Below are positions 1-10,275 of a stretch of 64,000 nt of DNA, in pieces; positions within the stretch are counted from its first letter, which is position 1; each line of letters begins with the position of its first letter. Below the pieces are notes generated by a model that was given only the letters and a program-made list of their open reading frames with translations, was not told the origin of the DNA and ran no database searches. The translations under genes were made by a program, and so were the position numbers. This DNA is from Bacteroidales bacterium (lineage in GTDB: Bacteria > Bacteroidota > Bacteroidia > Bacteroidales > M50B96): assembly GCA_018401015.1 (NCBI GenBank), contig JAGYLP010000001.1:206463-270462 (forward strand), in the 5' to 3' direction.

Positions 1-589
1 CGATTTAATACAGCTTCAATCTCTGCCACTTTTTTTCCTCCCAACCATTTTTCCGCTCATTATTGAGTTGTATCGTAAAAAAGAATTTCCCCTGAACAAC
101 ATCGCTTGTTTCTTCTTTGGCTTGGTTTATTTGGTAATCCCTTTCGCCTTGCTCAGTTCCTTGGCCGTAGCCGGCGATGGAATTGAAAGCTTCGATGCTA
201 AACCGGTCCTTTTGCTATTCGCATTTATTTGGGTGTACGATAGCGCAGCTTATATTTTCGGGATAAGCTTTGGCAAACATCGCTTGTTGGAACGTATCTC
301 TCCCAAAAAATCCTGGGAAGGAGCTATCGGCGGAGGGTTAACGACCTTAGTCTTTGCCTGGGGACTTTCGACTTTTTCCAATCAGTTTACCTTGAACCAG
401 TTCCTCGTTATTGCTGCCATTATGATTGTATTTGGTACACTGGGCGATTTGTTCGAATCGATGCTCAAACGCAGCCTCAATATCAAGGATTCTGGCAATT
501 TGCTCCCCGGTCATGGAGGAATTCTCGATCGTTTTGATGCATTATTGCTCTCCATTCCAGCGGTATGGATATATTTGCAGTTTGCCTAA
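1..589 (+). CDS. cdsA: Phosphatidate cytidylyltransferase (CDP-diglyceride synthase), 5'-truncated by the window edge
   Basis: The frame is open from nt 2, so the listed TTG at 68 is not the real start. It is a multi-TM protein ending in the CdsA signature region SGNLLPGHGGILDRFD. Confidence 0.8.
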   Translation, partial: DLIQLQSLPLFFLPTIFPLIIELYRKKEFPLNNIACFFFGLVYLVIPFALLSSLAVAGDGIESFDAKPVLLLFAFIWVYDSAAYIFGISFGKHRLLERISPKKSWEGAIGGGLTTLVFAWGLSTFSNQFTLNQFLVIAAIMIVFGTLGDLFESMLKRSLNIKDSGNLLPGHGGILDRFDALLLSIPAVWIYLQFA

Positions 590-601
590 ATCAGCATCAA
601 G

Positions 602-1255
602 ATGAAAATTCATAAGGAAGGGTATCCTACCATCTTCATTGTATTCATGTTTTTATTGCTCCTTCTGTCGGGGCTAAAATTTGCCGGAGTGCCCGAATGG
701 TTATGGTATGCATTCTGGGGGCTTAGCCTGGCGTTTTTCCTTTTTATTGTCTCCTTTTTTCGCTCACCCAAGCGAGTAGTCGAAGCAGCTGCGAACCAAC
801 TCATAGCTCCTGCCGATGGAACCGTCGTGATTATCGGCGAAGTGGAAGAACCAGAGTATTTTAACGATAAACGCCTGCAAATTTCCATTTTCATGAGTCC
901 GCTCAATGTGCATGTGAACTGGATCCCATTCAGTGGTCAGGTTAAGTATTTTAAATACCATCCCGGAAAATACCTTTATGCTCGTTTACCCAAAGCTTCC
1001 ACCGACAACGAACGCACTACTTTAGTTGTAGAGGCCGACAATGGCCGAGACTACATGGTACGTCAAATTGCGGGCTTATTAGCCCGTCGCATTGTGCACT
1101 ATAAGAAAAAGGGCGAGTTAGCCACGCGAGGCGAAGAGTTTGGATTTATCAAGTTTGGGTCGCGGGTCGATGTCTTCTTACCTCTCGGAGCCAAGGTCTT
1201 AGTAAAACTGAATCAGCGAGTTAGCGGTAAAGAAACGATTCTCGCCGAATGGTAG
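602..1255 (+). CDS. psd: Phosphatidylserine decarboxylase proenzyme (short Bacteroidota-type form)
   Basis: 217 aa with N-terminal TM helices. It carries a C-terminal FGSRVDVFLP motif (G-S self-cleavage site region) and sits directly downstream of cdsA. Confidence 0.8.
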   Translation: MKIHKEGYPTIFIVFMFLLLLLSGLKFAGVPEWLWYAFWGLSLAFFLFIVSFFRSPKRVVEAAANQLIAPADGTVVIIGEVEEPEYFNDKRLQISIFMSPLNVHVNWIPFSGQVKYFKYHPGKYLYARLPKASTDNERTTLVVEADNGRDYMVRQIAGLLARRIVHYKKKGELATRGEEFGFIKFGSRVDVFLPLGAKVLVKLNQRVSGKETILAEW

Positions 1256-1422
1256 GGAATAAGATTTCTTGATTCAGCAATTTCTATTAACAGGGACTAA
1301 CACCTATTGCCTAATTACACCAATATTCTATCAAATTACAGTGCTGATTGCAAATGTTTGATTAGAATAGAAATCCGAAACCCATTTAGTTTGTCTCCTA
1401 TTTTTTATTTTGGAATGAATCC

Positions 1423-2127
1423 TTATTCGAAATGAAAGGATATAATCACCAAATTCGAAATGAGTTTCTCAATCGAATTGGTGAATTGCGATCCATCTGG
1501 TCGAAGCACATTGTTTAAGCCTACAGCATACTTGATTTCGGTGGAAAACTTAAAGTAGGGTAAGTAATAATCCACTCCAAAACCTAATTCGTAATACACA
1601 TCGTGCCTGTCGAGCAAAATCATGGGCTGAAGCTCTTCTTTAACTTCGTCGCGCGAGGCTAAATCGATGCGATAATTCATTCCGGCCAGCAGATAAGGTC
1701 GGTAATTATTGATTCGTTTGGCTTTGTATTTCAAAAGGAAAGGAAATTCCAAAAAGGTCGATTCCACTTGCATGGTCTTTTTGTAGAAATTCATTCCATC
1801 GCGCATGAGGTATTCCAGGTTACGCTGGCCGAAGGTTATCCCCGGTAGAAAGCGCAGGTCGAGGTAAGGCATTAGTCGCAGGTTACTTACAATTCCCAGA
1901 TTAAAGCCTGCTTGCCGCACATTGTTGACGGCATACACGGAATCGAAACTGGTAATTCGACGGTCGTTGTATATGTCGAAGTCCATTGAATTTAACCCGA
2001 TGGTAAAGCCAAAATGCCAACGATCCAAATCGTATAAGGGTGTATTTAGCGGCTTGGTATGTTGTCCCAAAGCAGGAAACATGCCTAGTCCTAAAAAAAT
2101 GATTAACAAAAGTTTTTTTCCGGGCAT
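1423..2127 (-). CDS. Outer-membrane beta-barrel protein, PorT/SprT-like (T9SS-associated family)
   Basis: 234 aa with a signal peptide (MPGKKLLLIIFLGLGMFPALGQ). It shows alternating amphipathic strands and an aromatic C-terminus (ISFHFE). Size and pattern fit the PorT family; assigned from memory, not from a search. Confidence 0.5.
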   Translation of the reverse strand: MPGKKLLLIIFLGLGMFPALGQHTKPLNTPLYDLDRWHFGFTIGLNSMDFDIYNDRRITSFDSVYAVNNVRQAGFNLGIVSNLRLMPYLDLRFLPGITFGQRNLEYLMRDGMNFYKKTMQVESTFLEFPFLLKYKAKRINNYRPYLLAGMNYRIDLASRDEVKEELQPMILLDRHDVYYELGFGVDYYLPYFKFSTEIKYAVGLNNVLRPDGSQFTNSIEKLISNLVIISFHFE

Positions 2128-2149
2128 TAGTGTGCGTTTTGCTGTAATT

Positions 2150-2554
2150 CTATGAGCCGTTTGTTATCGGATAGCAAACGGATGTTATCCGTAAACAATC
2201 CTCGGGCAATAATTCCTCGATCAACTCCGGCCATTCTATGAAACAGTATTCTTCTCCAAAAAAGTATTCTTCGTAGCCAAAATCATATACTTCGTCGATG
2301 GTTTCGATTCGATAAAAATCGAAATGATAAACCAGGCGATTATTCGGAAGTTCGTATTCATTAATAAGGGAGAAGGTAGGACTGGTAACCGTTTCTGCAG
2401 CCCCCAATTGCTTGCAGAGCGACTTGATTAGGGTTGTTTTCCCAACACCCATTTCGCCGTAAAAGGCCACTACTCTTGCCCCTCCCAAACTGCTGTGTAA
2501 CCATGCAGCTGCAGCTTCGATGTCGGCCAATTGATTTACCAGAAATGAACTCAT
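2150..2554 (-). CDS. tsaE: tRNA t6A37 biosynthesis ATPase TsaE (YjeE)
   Basis: 134 aa with P-loop GEMGVGKTTLIK followed by SPTFSLINEY, typical of TsaE. Confidence 0.85.
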   Translation of the reverse strand: MSSFLVNQLADIEAAAAWLHSSLGGARVVAFYGEMGVGKTTLIKSLCKQLGAAETVTSPTFSLINEYELPNNRLVYHFDFYRIETIDEVYDFGYEEYFFGEEYCFIEWPELIEELLPEDCLRITSVCYPITNGS

Positions 2555-2607
2555 CCTTCTCGCTTAAAGGTTAATCGGGTTTCGCAGCAAGTCGACAGCC
2601 CGGGAGT

Positions 2608-5361
2608 TTATTGTTTAATAAAGTTTTTACTTACCCGAATGTTTTTCGACTCAACGCGACAAAGGTAATTACCTGCCGGAAGACTTTCGACATTCAGTCT
2701 GAAATTCGCCTGAGCGAAACTTTCCTGCAGCCATGTTTTCCCGTCCATCGAAAGAATTGTTACGGCATACTCGCTAGCCTCCCACTTTGCTTCAAACTGT
2801 AGTTCGCGGCTAACGGGATTCGGATAAAGCTGAAGATCATGGTTTATAGCAGTCGATTCATCGATGCCAATTTGAGGAAATACTTGTGCAACCGACTCGA
2901 TATGCGTGCTGTAAACTCCTTGTCCGTATGTGCCAACCACCACCAAGCCATCGGTTTCGCGCACTTTAATGTCCTCTACAATCGATTTTCCAAAAGCATC
3001 GCTACCAAGTTGGGTCCATACGGTATTCATGCTATCGAGCGAATAGGTTCCGTACATTCCCACAGTGGTTCCAATCAGGAATAAATCGCCATCCTCGCGG
3101 GGTAAAATGGCAACGCAACCTAAGCTTGGGCCGGCTCCGGTTCCAAGCGGGTGCTCCTCAAGATTGCCGGCTCCTTTGATCCACGACTCCCCTCCGTCGA
3201 TGGTGTAAAATAAACTATACACTTTGTAATTGGAGAAAACAACGATTACCGTGTCGGAATGATGCGGATGAATTGCAATGCGGCTCACATAAGCAGCCGG
3301 AAACTGAATAATGGGCATGGCAATGTGCTCCGGATCGCCGGTATGCGCATTCTCTACCTTAAAAATTCGCCGGTTACTGGTTCCATACCAAACGGTGTGT
3401 GCCGGATTAACGGAAACATCGATGCAGGAAACCTGAACGGTCGAACCAGCTTCGTGACTATAAGCAAACCACCCGGTGTCGATGGAATCGTGCTCGTTCG
3501 TATAGGGAATACTAGAAAGCTGGTTGTTGCGATACAATCTGGAACCACCACCCACGTAGATGATATCGGGGTCGTTCGGATCCATAATCAATGGATTGAT
3601 GAAGAGGTAATCGTCGGGATCGACCGAAGCGGGATCGATGCGGTTGTAGGCAAGCACGCCTCCGTTTGCATCCAAATCCATCTTGTAAATCTTACCCCGA
3701 TTAATCGACAAAATGTAATAGTCTTTATTCGGAGCAATGCCCATGTAAGAACCATCGCCATTCAATGGCATCACCCAATCGACTGCAGTATCGGATGAAT
3801 TGACAAAATAATTGGCATTATCCTGAAAACCGGCAATCAAAACATCGTCGGTGGTAGTGCGGTCGAATCCAACGGTGTAAACTTGTGTGGTGTTGTAGCC
3901 TCGATTAATGTTATCCCAGCTTACAATGGAATCGTAAATTTGCTGCGTAAGGTACAAGCCTCCATCGGTTGCAGAATAAACCATTCCGGTATCGGTTGGG
4001 TGAAAAACAGCCAGATGCTGGTCGGGGTGATGATTGAGGTAGGAACCCCAACTGCCTGCCGGCAGGGTCGAACCAACCCAGTAACCACCAATTTGGGTTA
4101 CGTTATCGGGAGAGGTAAAGCCATCGGTACTGCGATAGAGGTTGGTTGCTCCAATCAGAATGAGGTCCGGATCGTGAGGCGAAATGGTCATCATCATGTT
4201 GTAGGAGTATTGAGTGTAGAAGTTGTCGAATACATAAGGGCTGCTACCGGGTATGTTTTCCGATAAGTTCTCCCAGCTTCCACCAATACCGGTTCCATCG
4301 CCACTCAGGTAAGTGTATTTCCAGAGGCTGTTCCAGTCTTCGTATCCAAAAAAAGCTTGTGAAAACTGACCATATCCGGGAGTTTTTCCCAGGAAATAGA
4401 CTTCATTTTCGTTCGATGGATTAATGGCAATTACAATGCGCTCGTATTCCGGTGGGAAGGTATCGAGAGGGGTAATGTTGGTCCAGTTTATTCCATCGTC
4501 GCTTCGCCAAAGACCTTTGTCGGCTCCATCGGAATCAAGGGTTGCGTAAACCACTCCACCAGTGGTAATGGCCAATTCGGTGTAGTAGGAAGCAGGACTG
4601 CTTGCTCCCAATACTTCGGTCCAACTTTGACCTCCATCGACGGATCGCTGAATCCCTCCGTAGGTGGCTGCATAAACTTCATCTTCGCTCAGGTTGGATG
4701 CATCTACTGCCAATCGATTTACAAAATTCCACTCCGAATCGAAGCTATGGGGTTCATTCCCCTGGGTTGCGGTTAAGGGTTCCCAACTTAACCCTTGATC
4801 GGTCGATTTATATAAACCGTCGCCGTAATAAAACTGACTTACAATGTAACCTCCACGTGCCTCGCCGGTTCCATAATACCAGGTATCGGTTTTACCGGGT
4901 CGTGGATCTTGAACAAGGCAGGAAACCGCCGGAAAATGATCCGCGGTGGTTACCCGAACCCAATGGGCTCCATTGTTTTCCGATATGTAAATGGCCCCGG
5001 TTACACCACCTGCCACCAGCCGGTTCGGATTTGTTACGTCGTAGGCAAAAGCACGTGTTCTACCGCCAATATTGTGTGGCCCTCTGGCCGTCCAAGTCAG
5101 GCTTTTTTGACCTGCGTCGTTTGGCAAAGTGCGAGCAAACTTCATTTCCATAGCCCGCATTCCGGCCGGGATTTCACCCGTTGCCGGATCTCTTAAGCGT
5201 TCATGGCGCCATGCAAGTCGATCCTTTGGACTGTCCTCATTGGGTCCGGCATTAACGGGTCCGAGGGGAGTCTTCGCTTCGGGCGAAGAGAAAAAATACA
5301 CAGCACTTAGCGAAGCAAGAAGCAGTAAACTGAAAAGCAAAAAGAAACGATACTTATTCAT
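2608..5361 (-). CDS. Secreted BNR/Asp-box (sortilin/VPS10-type beta-propeller) protein with T9SS C-terminal sorting domain
   Basis: 917 aa with a signal peptide. Repeated Asp-box motifs are present (STDQGLSWEP, SVDGGQSWTE, SDDGINWTN, SENNGAHWVR, TIDGGESWIK). The last ~80 aa form a CTD-like tail (LYPNPVSRELQFEA...AGNYLCRVESKN). Confidence 0.7.
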   Translation of the reverse strand: MNKYRFFLLFSLLLLASLSAVYFFSSPEAKTPLGPVNAGPNEDSPKDRLAWRHERLRDPATGEIPAGMRAMEMKFARTLPNDAGQKSLTWTARGPHNIGGRTRAFAYDVTNPNRLVAGGVTGAIYISENNGAHWVRVTTADHFPAVSCLVQDPRPGKTDTWYYGTGEARGGYIVSQFYYGDGLYKSTDQGLSWEPLTATQGNEPHSFDSEWNFVNRLAVDASNLSEDEVYAATYGGIQRSVDGGQSWTEVLGASSPASYYTELAITTGGVVYATLDSDGADKGLWRSDDGINWTNITPLDTFPPEYERIVIAINPSNENEVYFLGKTPGYGQFSQAFFGYEDWNSLWKYTYLSGDGTGIGGSWENLSENIPGSSPYVFDNFYTQYSYNMMMTISPHDPDLILIGATNLYRSTDGFTSPDNVTQIGGYWVGSTLPAGSWGSYLNHHPDQHLAVFHPTDTGMVYSATDGGLYLTQQIYDSIVSWDNINRGYNTTQVYTVGFDRTTTDDVLIAGFQDNANYFVNSSDTAVDWVMPLNGDGSYMGIAPNKDYYILSINRGKIYKMDLDANGGVLAYNRIDPASVDPDDYLFINPLIMDPNDPDIIYVGGGSRLYRNNQLSSIPYTNEHDSIDTGWFAYSHEAGSTVQVSCIDVSVNPAHTVWYGTSNRRIFKVENAHTGDPEHIAMPIIQFPAAYVSRIAIHPHHSDTVIVVFSNYKVYSLFYTIDGGESWIKGAGNLEEHPLGTGAGPSLGCVAILPREDGDLFLIGTTVGMYGTYSLDSMNTVWTQLGSDAFGKSIVEDIKVRETDGLVVVGTYGQGVYSTHIESVAQVFPQIGIDESTAINHDLQLYPNPVSRELQFEAKWEASEYAVTILSMDGKTWLQESFAQANFRLNVESLPAGNYLCRVESKNIRVSKNFIKQ

Positions 5362-5605
5362 GGTTAAAGTGTTTAGTTACAGGATAATTGCAAAGCCTCC
5401 GTTTTTGGTTGTAAAAGTGAAAATTGGTAAGACTAAAATGGTATTCAGTCTTCGTTAAGGTGAAAAGACTCCAGCATGAATGGCTCTTCAAGTTGATTCC
5501 ACAGCCTTGTTCATTTCTCTTTTCTCCGGCTACAGCTTTTACGCCTTTAATAAATCGGATTTCTTCCTAATGGGTAAATATAAATTAGTTTTGCTTGGTT
5601 TCCAC

Positions 5606-7447
5606 TTAAAATTCATCCTGAAATGTGGATTCAGGTTCCTTCCATTTTCCATCTTCCCGAATTAATTGAATCAGCGCTTGTAAGGCCTCTTGTTCATCGA
5701 TGTGTTTGCGAACTAAAGTCCTGTTTCGATATAAACTGACTTTCCCTTTCCCTGATCCAACGTATCCGTAATCGGCGTCGGCCATTTCGCCCGGTCCGTT
5801 TACAATGCAGCCCATTACCGCAATTTTTAGATGCTCAAGATGCGATAGCTTCGATTTTACTTCGAGGGTGGTTTGTTGTAAACTGAATAAGGTTCGCCCA
5901 CAACCCGGACAGGAAACGAACTGGGTTTTACTTCTTCGGGCCTGCGCTGCCTGCAGGAGTGCGAGGCTAAGATCTTTGTTCTGTTTATCAGAAAAATGGG
6001 GGTTTTCCAACAGGATCCCATTTCCGTAACCGAGTAAAAGCAGATATCCCGCTTCGGCACTGGCAGCAATTAGATAATCCTCCCAATCGCTTTCGTAGTG
6101 CTTGCTCATCAGAATTAATGGGAAGGGGTGGGAGGTAAATGATTCCGATTCCAGGATTTCATAAAGTTGACTCACTCCCTCGCCCGACGGAAGCTGTAAG
6201 AGCAGGATTGCCTCAGCGGGAAGGATGGGTTGATCCATGAAATTGCGGAATTCTTCCGGGGTTTCGAGGGTGATTGCTATCCGTTCCGATGGCTTATTTT
6301 GCCGGTATTCGGGATAAGTAAACATCGGCGTTTTCAATCCTTCATATAGATTCCATTCCGGATGATTCCACGCTAAGAGCAAGGGTTGTGAGGATGCAAG
6401 CTTAAGTGGGTCGCCAAGCCTTGCTAGCAGGATTTCCGCTTTGCCAGTAGCGCCTGCTGAGAGCTTGCGCACCAGTAAAGGAACATCAGGCAGTTCCCAA
6501 TCGGCAGGGAACTGAACCTTTTTTCGGTGAGTGTTGATGCGCCAATTGCTTGGAAAGTAGGATGCCTCGCAAGGTAGATTTTCAATATACTGAAGAATTT
6601 TTCGAGCTACCGGTATTTCGTTTTCCGGTGGTTCTGTGAGCGAAACCCGAATGGTGTCGCCAATCCCTTCGCGAAGCAAAGCGGCAATTCCCACGACTGA
6701 ATTCAGCCGCCCTTCCGTGCCTTCGCCGGCTTCGGTTACTCCAAGATGAAGGGGAAAATGCATGTTCTCTTCCTGCATTTTCTTTATCAGTAAACGGTTG
6801 GCTTCTACCGTAATAAGTGGGTTACTTGCTTTTAGGCTGATAACTACCTGGTCGAAATCTTCTTGTTGAAGCAATCGGAGGTATTCGAGGGTCGATTCAA
6901 CCATCCCTTTGGGAGTGTCGCCAAAGGTATGGAGAATGCGAGGAGAAAGTGAACCATGATTTGTTCCAATGCGAATGGCAACTTTTCGGCTTTTACAAAG
7001 TTTGACCAGCGGCAGGAGTTTCTCCTTTATTTTTTGTAGCTCTTTAATCTCGTCGTGTGGCGAATAAAGCGGTTCGTGTAGATGCGGTTTATCGACAAAA
7101 TTGCCAGGATTAATTCTCACTTTTTCGACGTACAAAGCCGCCATTTCTGCAGCGTTTGGTGTGTAGTGTACATCGGCGCAAAGCGGAACAGGATAGTGGT
7201 CGGCTAGCAATTGCTCTTTGATGATTGCCAGGTTTTTTGCTTCGCGAATGCCGGGTGTCGTGAGCCGCACCAGTTCAGCGCCGGCGTCGCTCAAACGCTT
7301 ACACTGAGCTACACTGGCTTCGGTGTGCATGGTGAAACAATCGGTCATGCTTTGAATCCGAATGGGGTTTTCACCGCCCATGATCATGGAACCGATGTTT
7401 ACTGATTGTGTCTGCCGACGGCGTATCATAGAAAAAAATTTGTGCAA
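5606..7447 (-). CDS. ispG: 4-hydroxy-3-methylbut-2-en-1-yl diphosphate synthase, long form with inserted domain
   Basis: 613 aa. N-terminal TIM-barrel motifs (NPIRIQSMT, RINPGN) and a C-terminal 4Fe-4S domain with VSCPGCGRT and GCIVNGPGE are present. A ~270-aa insert separates them, as in Bacteroidota, Chlamydia and plant enzymes. An alternative start is M7 at 7429. Confidence 0.9.
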   Translation of the reverse strand: MHKFFSMIRRRQTQSVNIGSMIMGGENPIRIQSMTDCFTMHTEASVAQCKRLSDAGAELVRLTTPGIREAKNLAIIKEQLLADHYPVPLCADVHYTPNAAEMAALYVEKVRINPGNFVDKPHLHEPLYSPHDEIKELQKIKEKLLPLVKLCKSRKVAIRIGTNHGSLSPRILHTFGDTPKGMVESTLEYLRLLQQEDFDQVVISLKASNPLITVEANRLLIKKMQEENMHFPLHLGVTEAGEGTEGRLNSVVGIAALLREGIGDTIRVSLTEPPENEIPVARKILQYIENLPCEASYFPSNWRINTHRKKVQFPADWELPDVPLLVRKLSAGATGKAEILLARLGDPLKLASSQPLLLAWNHPEWNLYEGLKTPMFTYPEYRQNKPSERIAITLETPEEFRNFMDQPILPAEAILLLQLPSGEGVSQLYEILESESFTSHPFPLILMSKHYESDWEDYLIAASAEAGYLLLLGYGNGILLENPHFSDKQNKDLSLALLQAAQARRSKTQFVSCPGCGRTLFSLQQTTLEVKSKLSHLEHLKIAVMGCIVNGPGEMADADYGYVGSGKGKVSLYRNRTLVRKHIDEQEALQALIQLIREDGKWKEPESTFQDEF

Positions 7448-7516
7448 AGTTATTTTTCCAATTGGAAATAGCTTGATATAAGCTCGTTAAACACGAAGGT
7501 CAATGCGCTTTTCTAT

Positions 7517-7524
7517 TATCTTTG
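7517..7524 (+). promoter_or_regulatory. Candidate Bacteroidota sigma-A -7 box (TATCTTTG) for lysS
   Basis: Exact match to TAnnTTTG, 26 nt upstream of the lysS ATG. No clear -33 TTTG was seen. Confidence 0.3.
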
Positions 7525-7549
7525 CAGCCCAACAAAAACAAGGAATTTT

Positions 7550-9277
7550 ATGAGCGATTTACACTTGAGTGAACAAGAATTATTGAGAAGAAATTCACTT
7601 CAGGAACTCCGAAAACTGGGTATCGAACCTTATCCTGCCGAGGAATTTAAGGTAAATGCGACTGCATCGGAAATTTTAGAACACTTCAACCCGGAAAAAA
7701 ATAATTTTCAGGAAGTTCATTTGGCCGGCCGGATTATGAGCCGACGCATCATGGGGAATGCTTCCTTTATTCATTTGATGGACCATACCGACCGGATTCA
7801 AGTCTATTTTCGGCGCGACGATATTTGTCCGGGCGACGATAAAACGCTCTATAATACGGTTTTCAAGAAATTGCTTGACATCGGCGACATCATTGGGGTA
7901 AGTGGCTATGTTTTTAAAACCCAGGTGGGAGAAACTTCGCTGCATGTAAAAGAATTTAAAGTTTTATCGAAAGCTATTCGTCCGCTGCCCATCGTAAAAG
8001 AAAAAGATGGGGTAGTGTACGATGCTTTTTCCGATCCCGATCAACGCTATCGTCAGCGTTATGTCGATTTGATTGTGAACGAAGGGGTGATGGATACGTT
8101 TAGAAAACGCACTCAGATTATTAATTCGATGCGCGAGTTCTTCAATTCCTTTGGCTATCTCGAAGTGGAAACGCCCATCTTGCAGCCAATTCCCGGAGGA
8201 GCGGCTGCACGACCTTTTATTACTCATCACAATGCTTTGGATATTCCTTTGTATTTGCGCATCGCCAACGAATTGTATCTGAAGCGATTAATCGTAGGTG
8301 GATTCGAAGGAGTGTACGAATTTGCGAAAGATTTCCGGAACGAAGGAATGGACCGCACCCACAACCCGGAATTTACCGTGCTCGAGATTTATGTTGCCTA
8401 CAAAGATTATCATTGGATGATGGATTTTACCGAGCGATTAGTCGAGAAAGTTGCGCTTGATTTGCACGGAAAAACCGAAGTTCCTTTTGGCGATAAGCTC
8501 ATTAATTATCAGCGACCCTTTAAGCGGGTTCCAATCCTGGAAGCGATTAGAGAGCATACCGGTTTCGATGTTTCCGGAATGAACGAGGAGCAATTGCGCG
8601 AGGTTTGCAAAAAGCTTGGTCTGGAAGTGGATGCTTCGATGGGCAAAGGGAAATTGATCGATGAAATCTTTGGCGAGAAATGCGAACATCACTACGTTCA
8701 GCCGACCTTCATTACCGATTATCCGGTGGAAATGTCGCCTTTATGCAAACGACACCGAAACAATCCGGAACTAACCGAGCGATTTGAACTCATGGTGGCC
8801 GGCAAGGAGCTATGCAACGCGTATTCCGAGTTAAACGATCCGATCGATCAGCTCGAGCGTTTCGAAGAACAGCTTAAACTTTCCGAAAAAGGCGACGACG
8901 AAGCGATGTTTATCGACCGCGATTTTGTACGTGCTCTGGAATATGGAATGCCGCCCACATCGGGAATGGGCATTGGAATCGACCGTTTGGCAATGTTCAT
9001 GACCAATAATAGCTCTATCCAGGAAGTACTCTTCTTCCCTCAAATGCGGCCGGAAAAGAAAAAACAAATTGATTCAACCGAGAAATTCCAAGAAAAGGGA
9101 ATTCCTGCTGAATGGGTTCCGATTATTCAAAAAGCCGGTTACCTGACGCTCGCTTCGATGCACCAAGCTAATCCGAATAAATTGCATCAGGACTTATGCG
9201 GAATCAATAAAAAAGAGAAGCTCGGATTAACAAACCCGAGTAAAGATGAGGTACAACATTGGTGTAGCGAAGAATAA
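7550..9277 (+). CDS. lysS: Lysine--tRNA ligase (class II) with ~70-aa C-terminal extension
   Basis: 575 aa with an OB-fold N-domain. Class II core motifs are present, including [15 protein letters not shown] and GMGIGIDRL. The stop TAA overlaps the gpsA ATG (TAATG at 9275-9279). Confidence 0.95.
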   Translation: MSDLHLSEQELLRRNSLQELRKLGIEPYPAEEFKVNATASEILEHFNPEKNNFQEVHLAGRIMSRRIMGNASFIHLMDHTDRIQVYFRRDDICPGDDKTLYNTVFKKLLDIGDIIGVSGYVFKTQVGETSLHVKEFKVLSKAIRPLPIVKEKDGVVYDAFSDPDQRYRQRYVDLIVNEGVMDTFRKRTQIINSMREFFNSFGYLEVETPILQPIPGGAAARPFITHHNALDIPLYLRIANELYLKRLIVGGFEGVYEFAKDFRNEGMDRTHNPEFTVLEIYVAYKDYHWMMDFTERLVEKVALDLHGKTEVPFGDKLINYQRPFKRVPILEAIREHTGFDVSGMNEEQLREVCKKLGLEVDASMGKGKLIDEIFGEKCEHHYVQPTFITDYPVEMSPLCKRHRNNPELTERFELMVAGKELCNAYSELNDPIDQLERFEEQLKLSEKGDDEAMFIDRDFVRALEYGMPPTSGMGIGIDRLAMFMTNNSSIQEVLFFPQMRPEKKKQIDSTEKFQEKGIPAEWVPIIQKAGYLTLASMHQANPNKLHQDLCGINKKEKLGLTNPSKDEVQHWCSEE

Positions 9278-10275
9278 TGCTGAACGATAAAACAAGGATA
9301 TCGGTAATAGGAAGCGGTAGTTGGGCCACTGCTTTAGCCAAGCTCTTGTTGAATAATCGCAGCGAGATTGGCTGGTTTGTGCGAAATGAAGCCACTGTCG
9401 ATTACCTGCAAGAGTTTAAACGAAACCCGAATTATCTCCGAGAGGTTGAATTTGATACCAACCGAATTCATTTTTATACGGATATTAACCAAGCGGTCGA
9501 AGAGTCTGAGTTACTAGTGTTAGCGGTGCCGGCGGCATTTATCCACGACTTATTTCAACCTTTGAGTGTTGACCTTTCCGGGAAAGCAATCATTTCGGGC
9601 GTAAAAGGGATGATTGCTCAGCGCGATCTAATTGTTGCCGATTATCTCGCTCAGGATTTTCACGTTCCGTATTCCATGCTTGGGGTTATTGCCGGACCTT
9701 GCCATGCCGAAGAAGTAGCCCTGGAACGCTTATCGTATTTAACCATAGCCTCGGGAAACGAGGATTTGGCCGCTTATTTTGCAACCCAGCTTCGCTGTCG
9801 ATACCTCGATGCCTCTATCTCCGACGATTTAATCGGAACGGAGTATGCTGCCGTCTTGAAAAATATATTTGCCCTGGCTGCCGGAATTAGCCATGGACTC
9901 GGCTATGGCGATAATTTTCAGGCTGTTCTCATTGCTAATGCTATTCGCGAAATAGCTCGTTTTGTAGCTCAAGTTCATCCACTTACGCGCGAAGTAAACG
10001 GAACAGCCTACCTGGGCGATTTGCTCGTTACCGCTTATTCGAAGTTTTCGCGGAACAGAACGTTTGGAACCATGATTGGGAAGGGGTACTCGGTCAACGC
10101 TACTCAATTTGAAATGAATATGGTCGCCGAAGGATATTATGCGGTTAAGAGTATTTTTGAATTGAATCAGAAGCTTCAAGTATTCATGCCCATTACCGAT
10201 GCGGTGTATCATATCTTGTATCGGCGAGCTTCAGCCCGGGAGGAGTTTAAAAAACTAAGCCAACTACTCGACTAG
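9277..10275 (+). CDS. gpsA: NAD(P)H-dependent glycerol-3-phosphate dehydrogenase
   Basis: 332 aa with an N-terminal dinucleotide fold (VIGSGSWATALA) and GpsA-like central and C-terminal regions (GPCHAEEV, NRTFG). Confidence 0.9.
   Translation: MLNDKTRISVIGSGSWATALAKLLLNNRSEIGWFVRNEATVDYLQEFKRNPNYLREVEFDTNRIHFYTDINQAVEESELLVLAVPAAFIHDLFQPLSVDLSGKAIISGVKGMIAQRDLIVADYLAQDFHVPYSMLGVIAGPCHAEEVALERLSYLTIASGNEDLAAYFATQLRCRYLDASISDDLIGTEYAAVLKNIFALAAGISHGLGYGDNFQAVLIANAIREIARFVAQVHPLTREVNGTAYLGDLLVTAYSKFSRNRTFGTMIGKGYSVNATQFEMNMVAEGYYAVKSIFELNQKLQVFMPITDAVYHILYRRASAREEFKKLSQLLD

Noticed and set aside
5362-5605. Small ORFs (5129-5458 and 5480-5665, plus strand) in the gap between ispG and the BNR-protein gene.
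   Set aside because: They overlap the ends of the flanking minus-strand genes and have low-complexity, hydrophobic or basic translations with no motif support. The gap is more likely terminator and promoter space.
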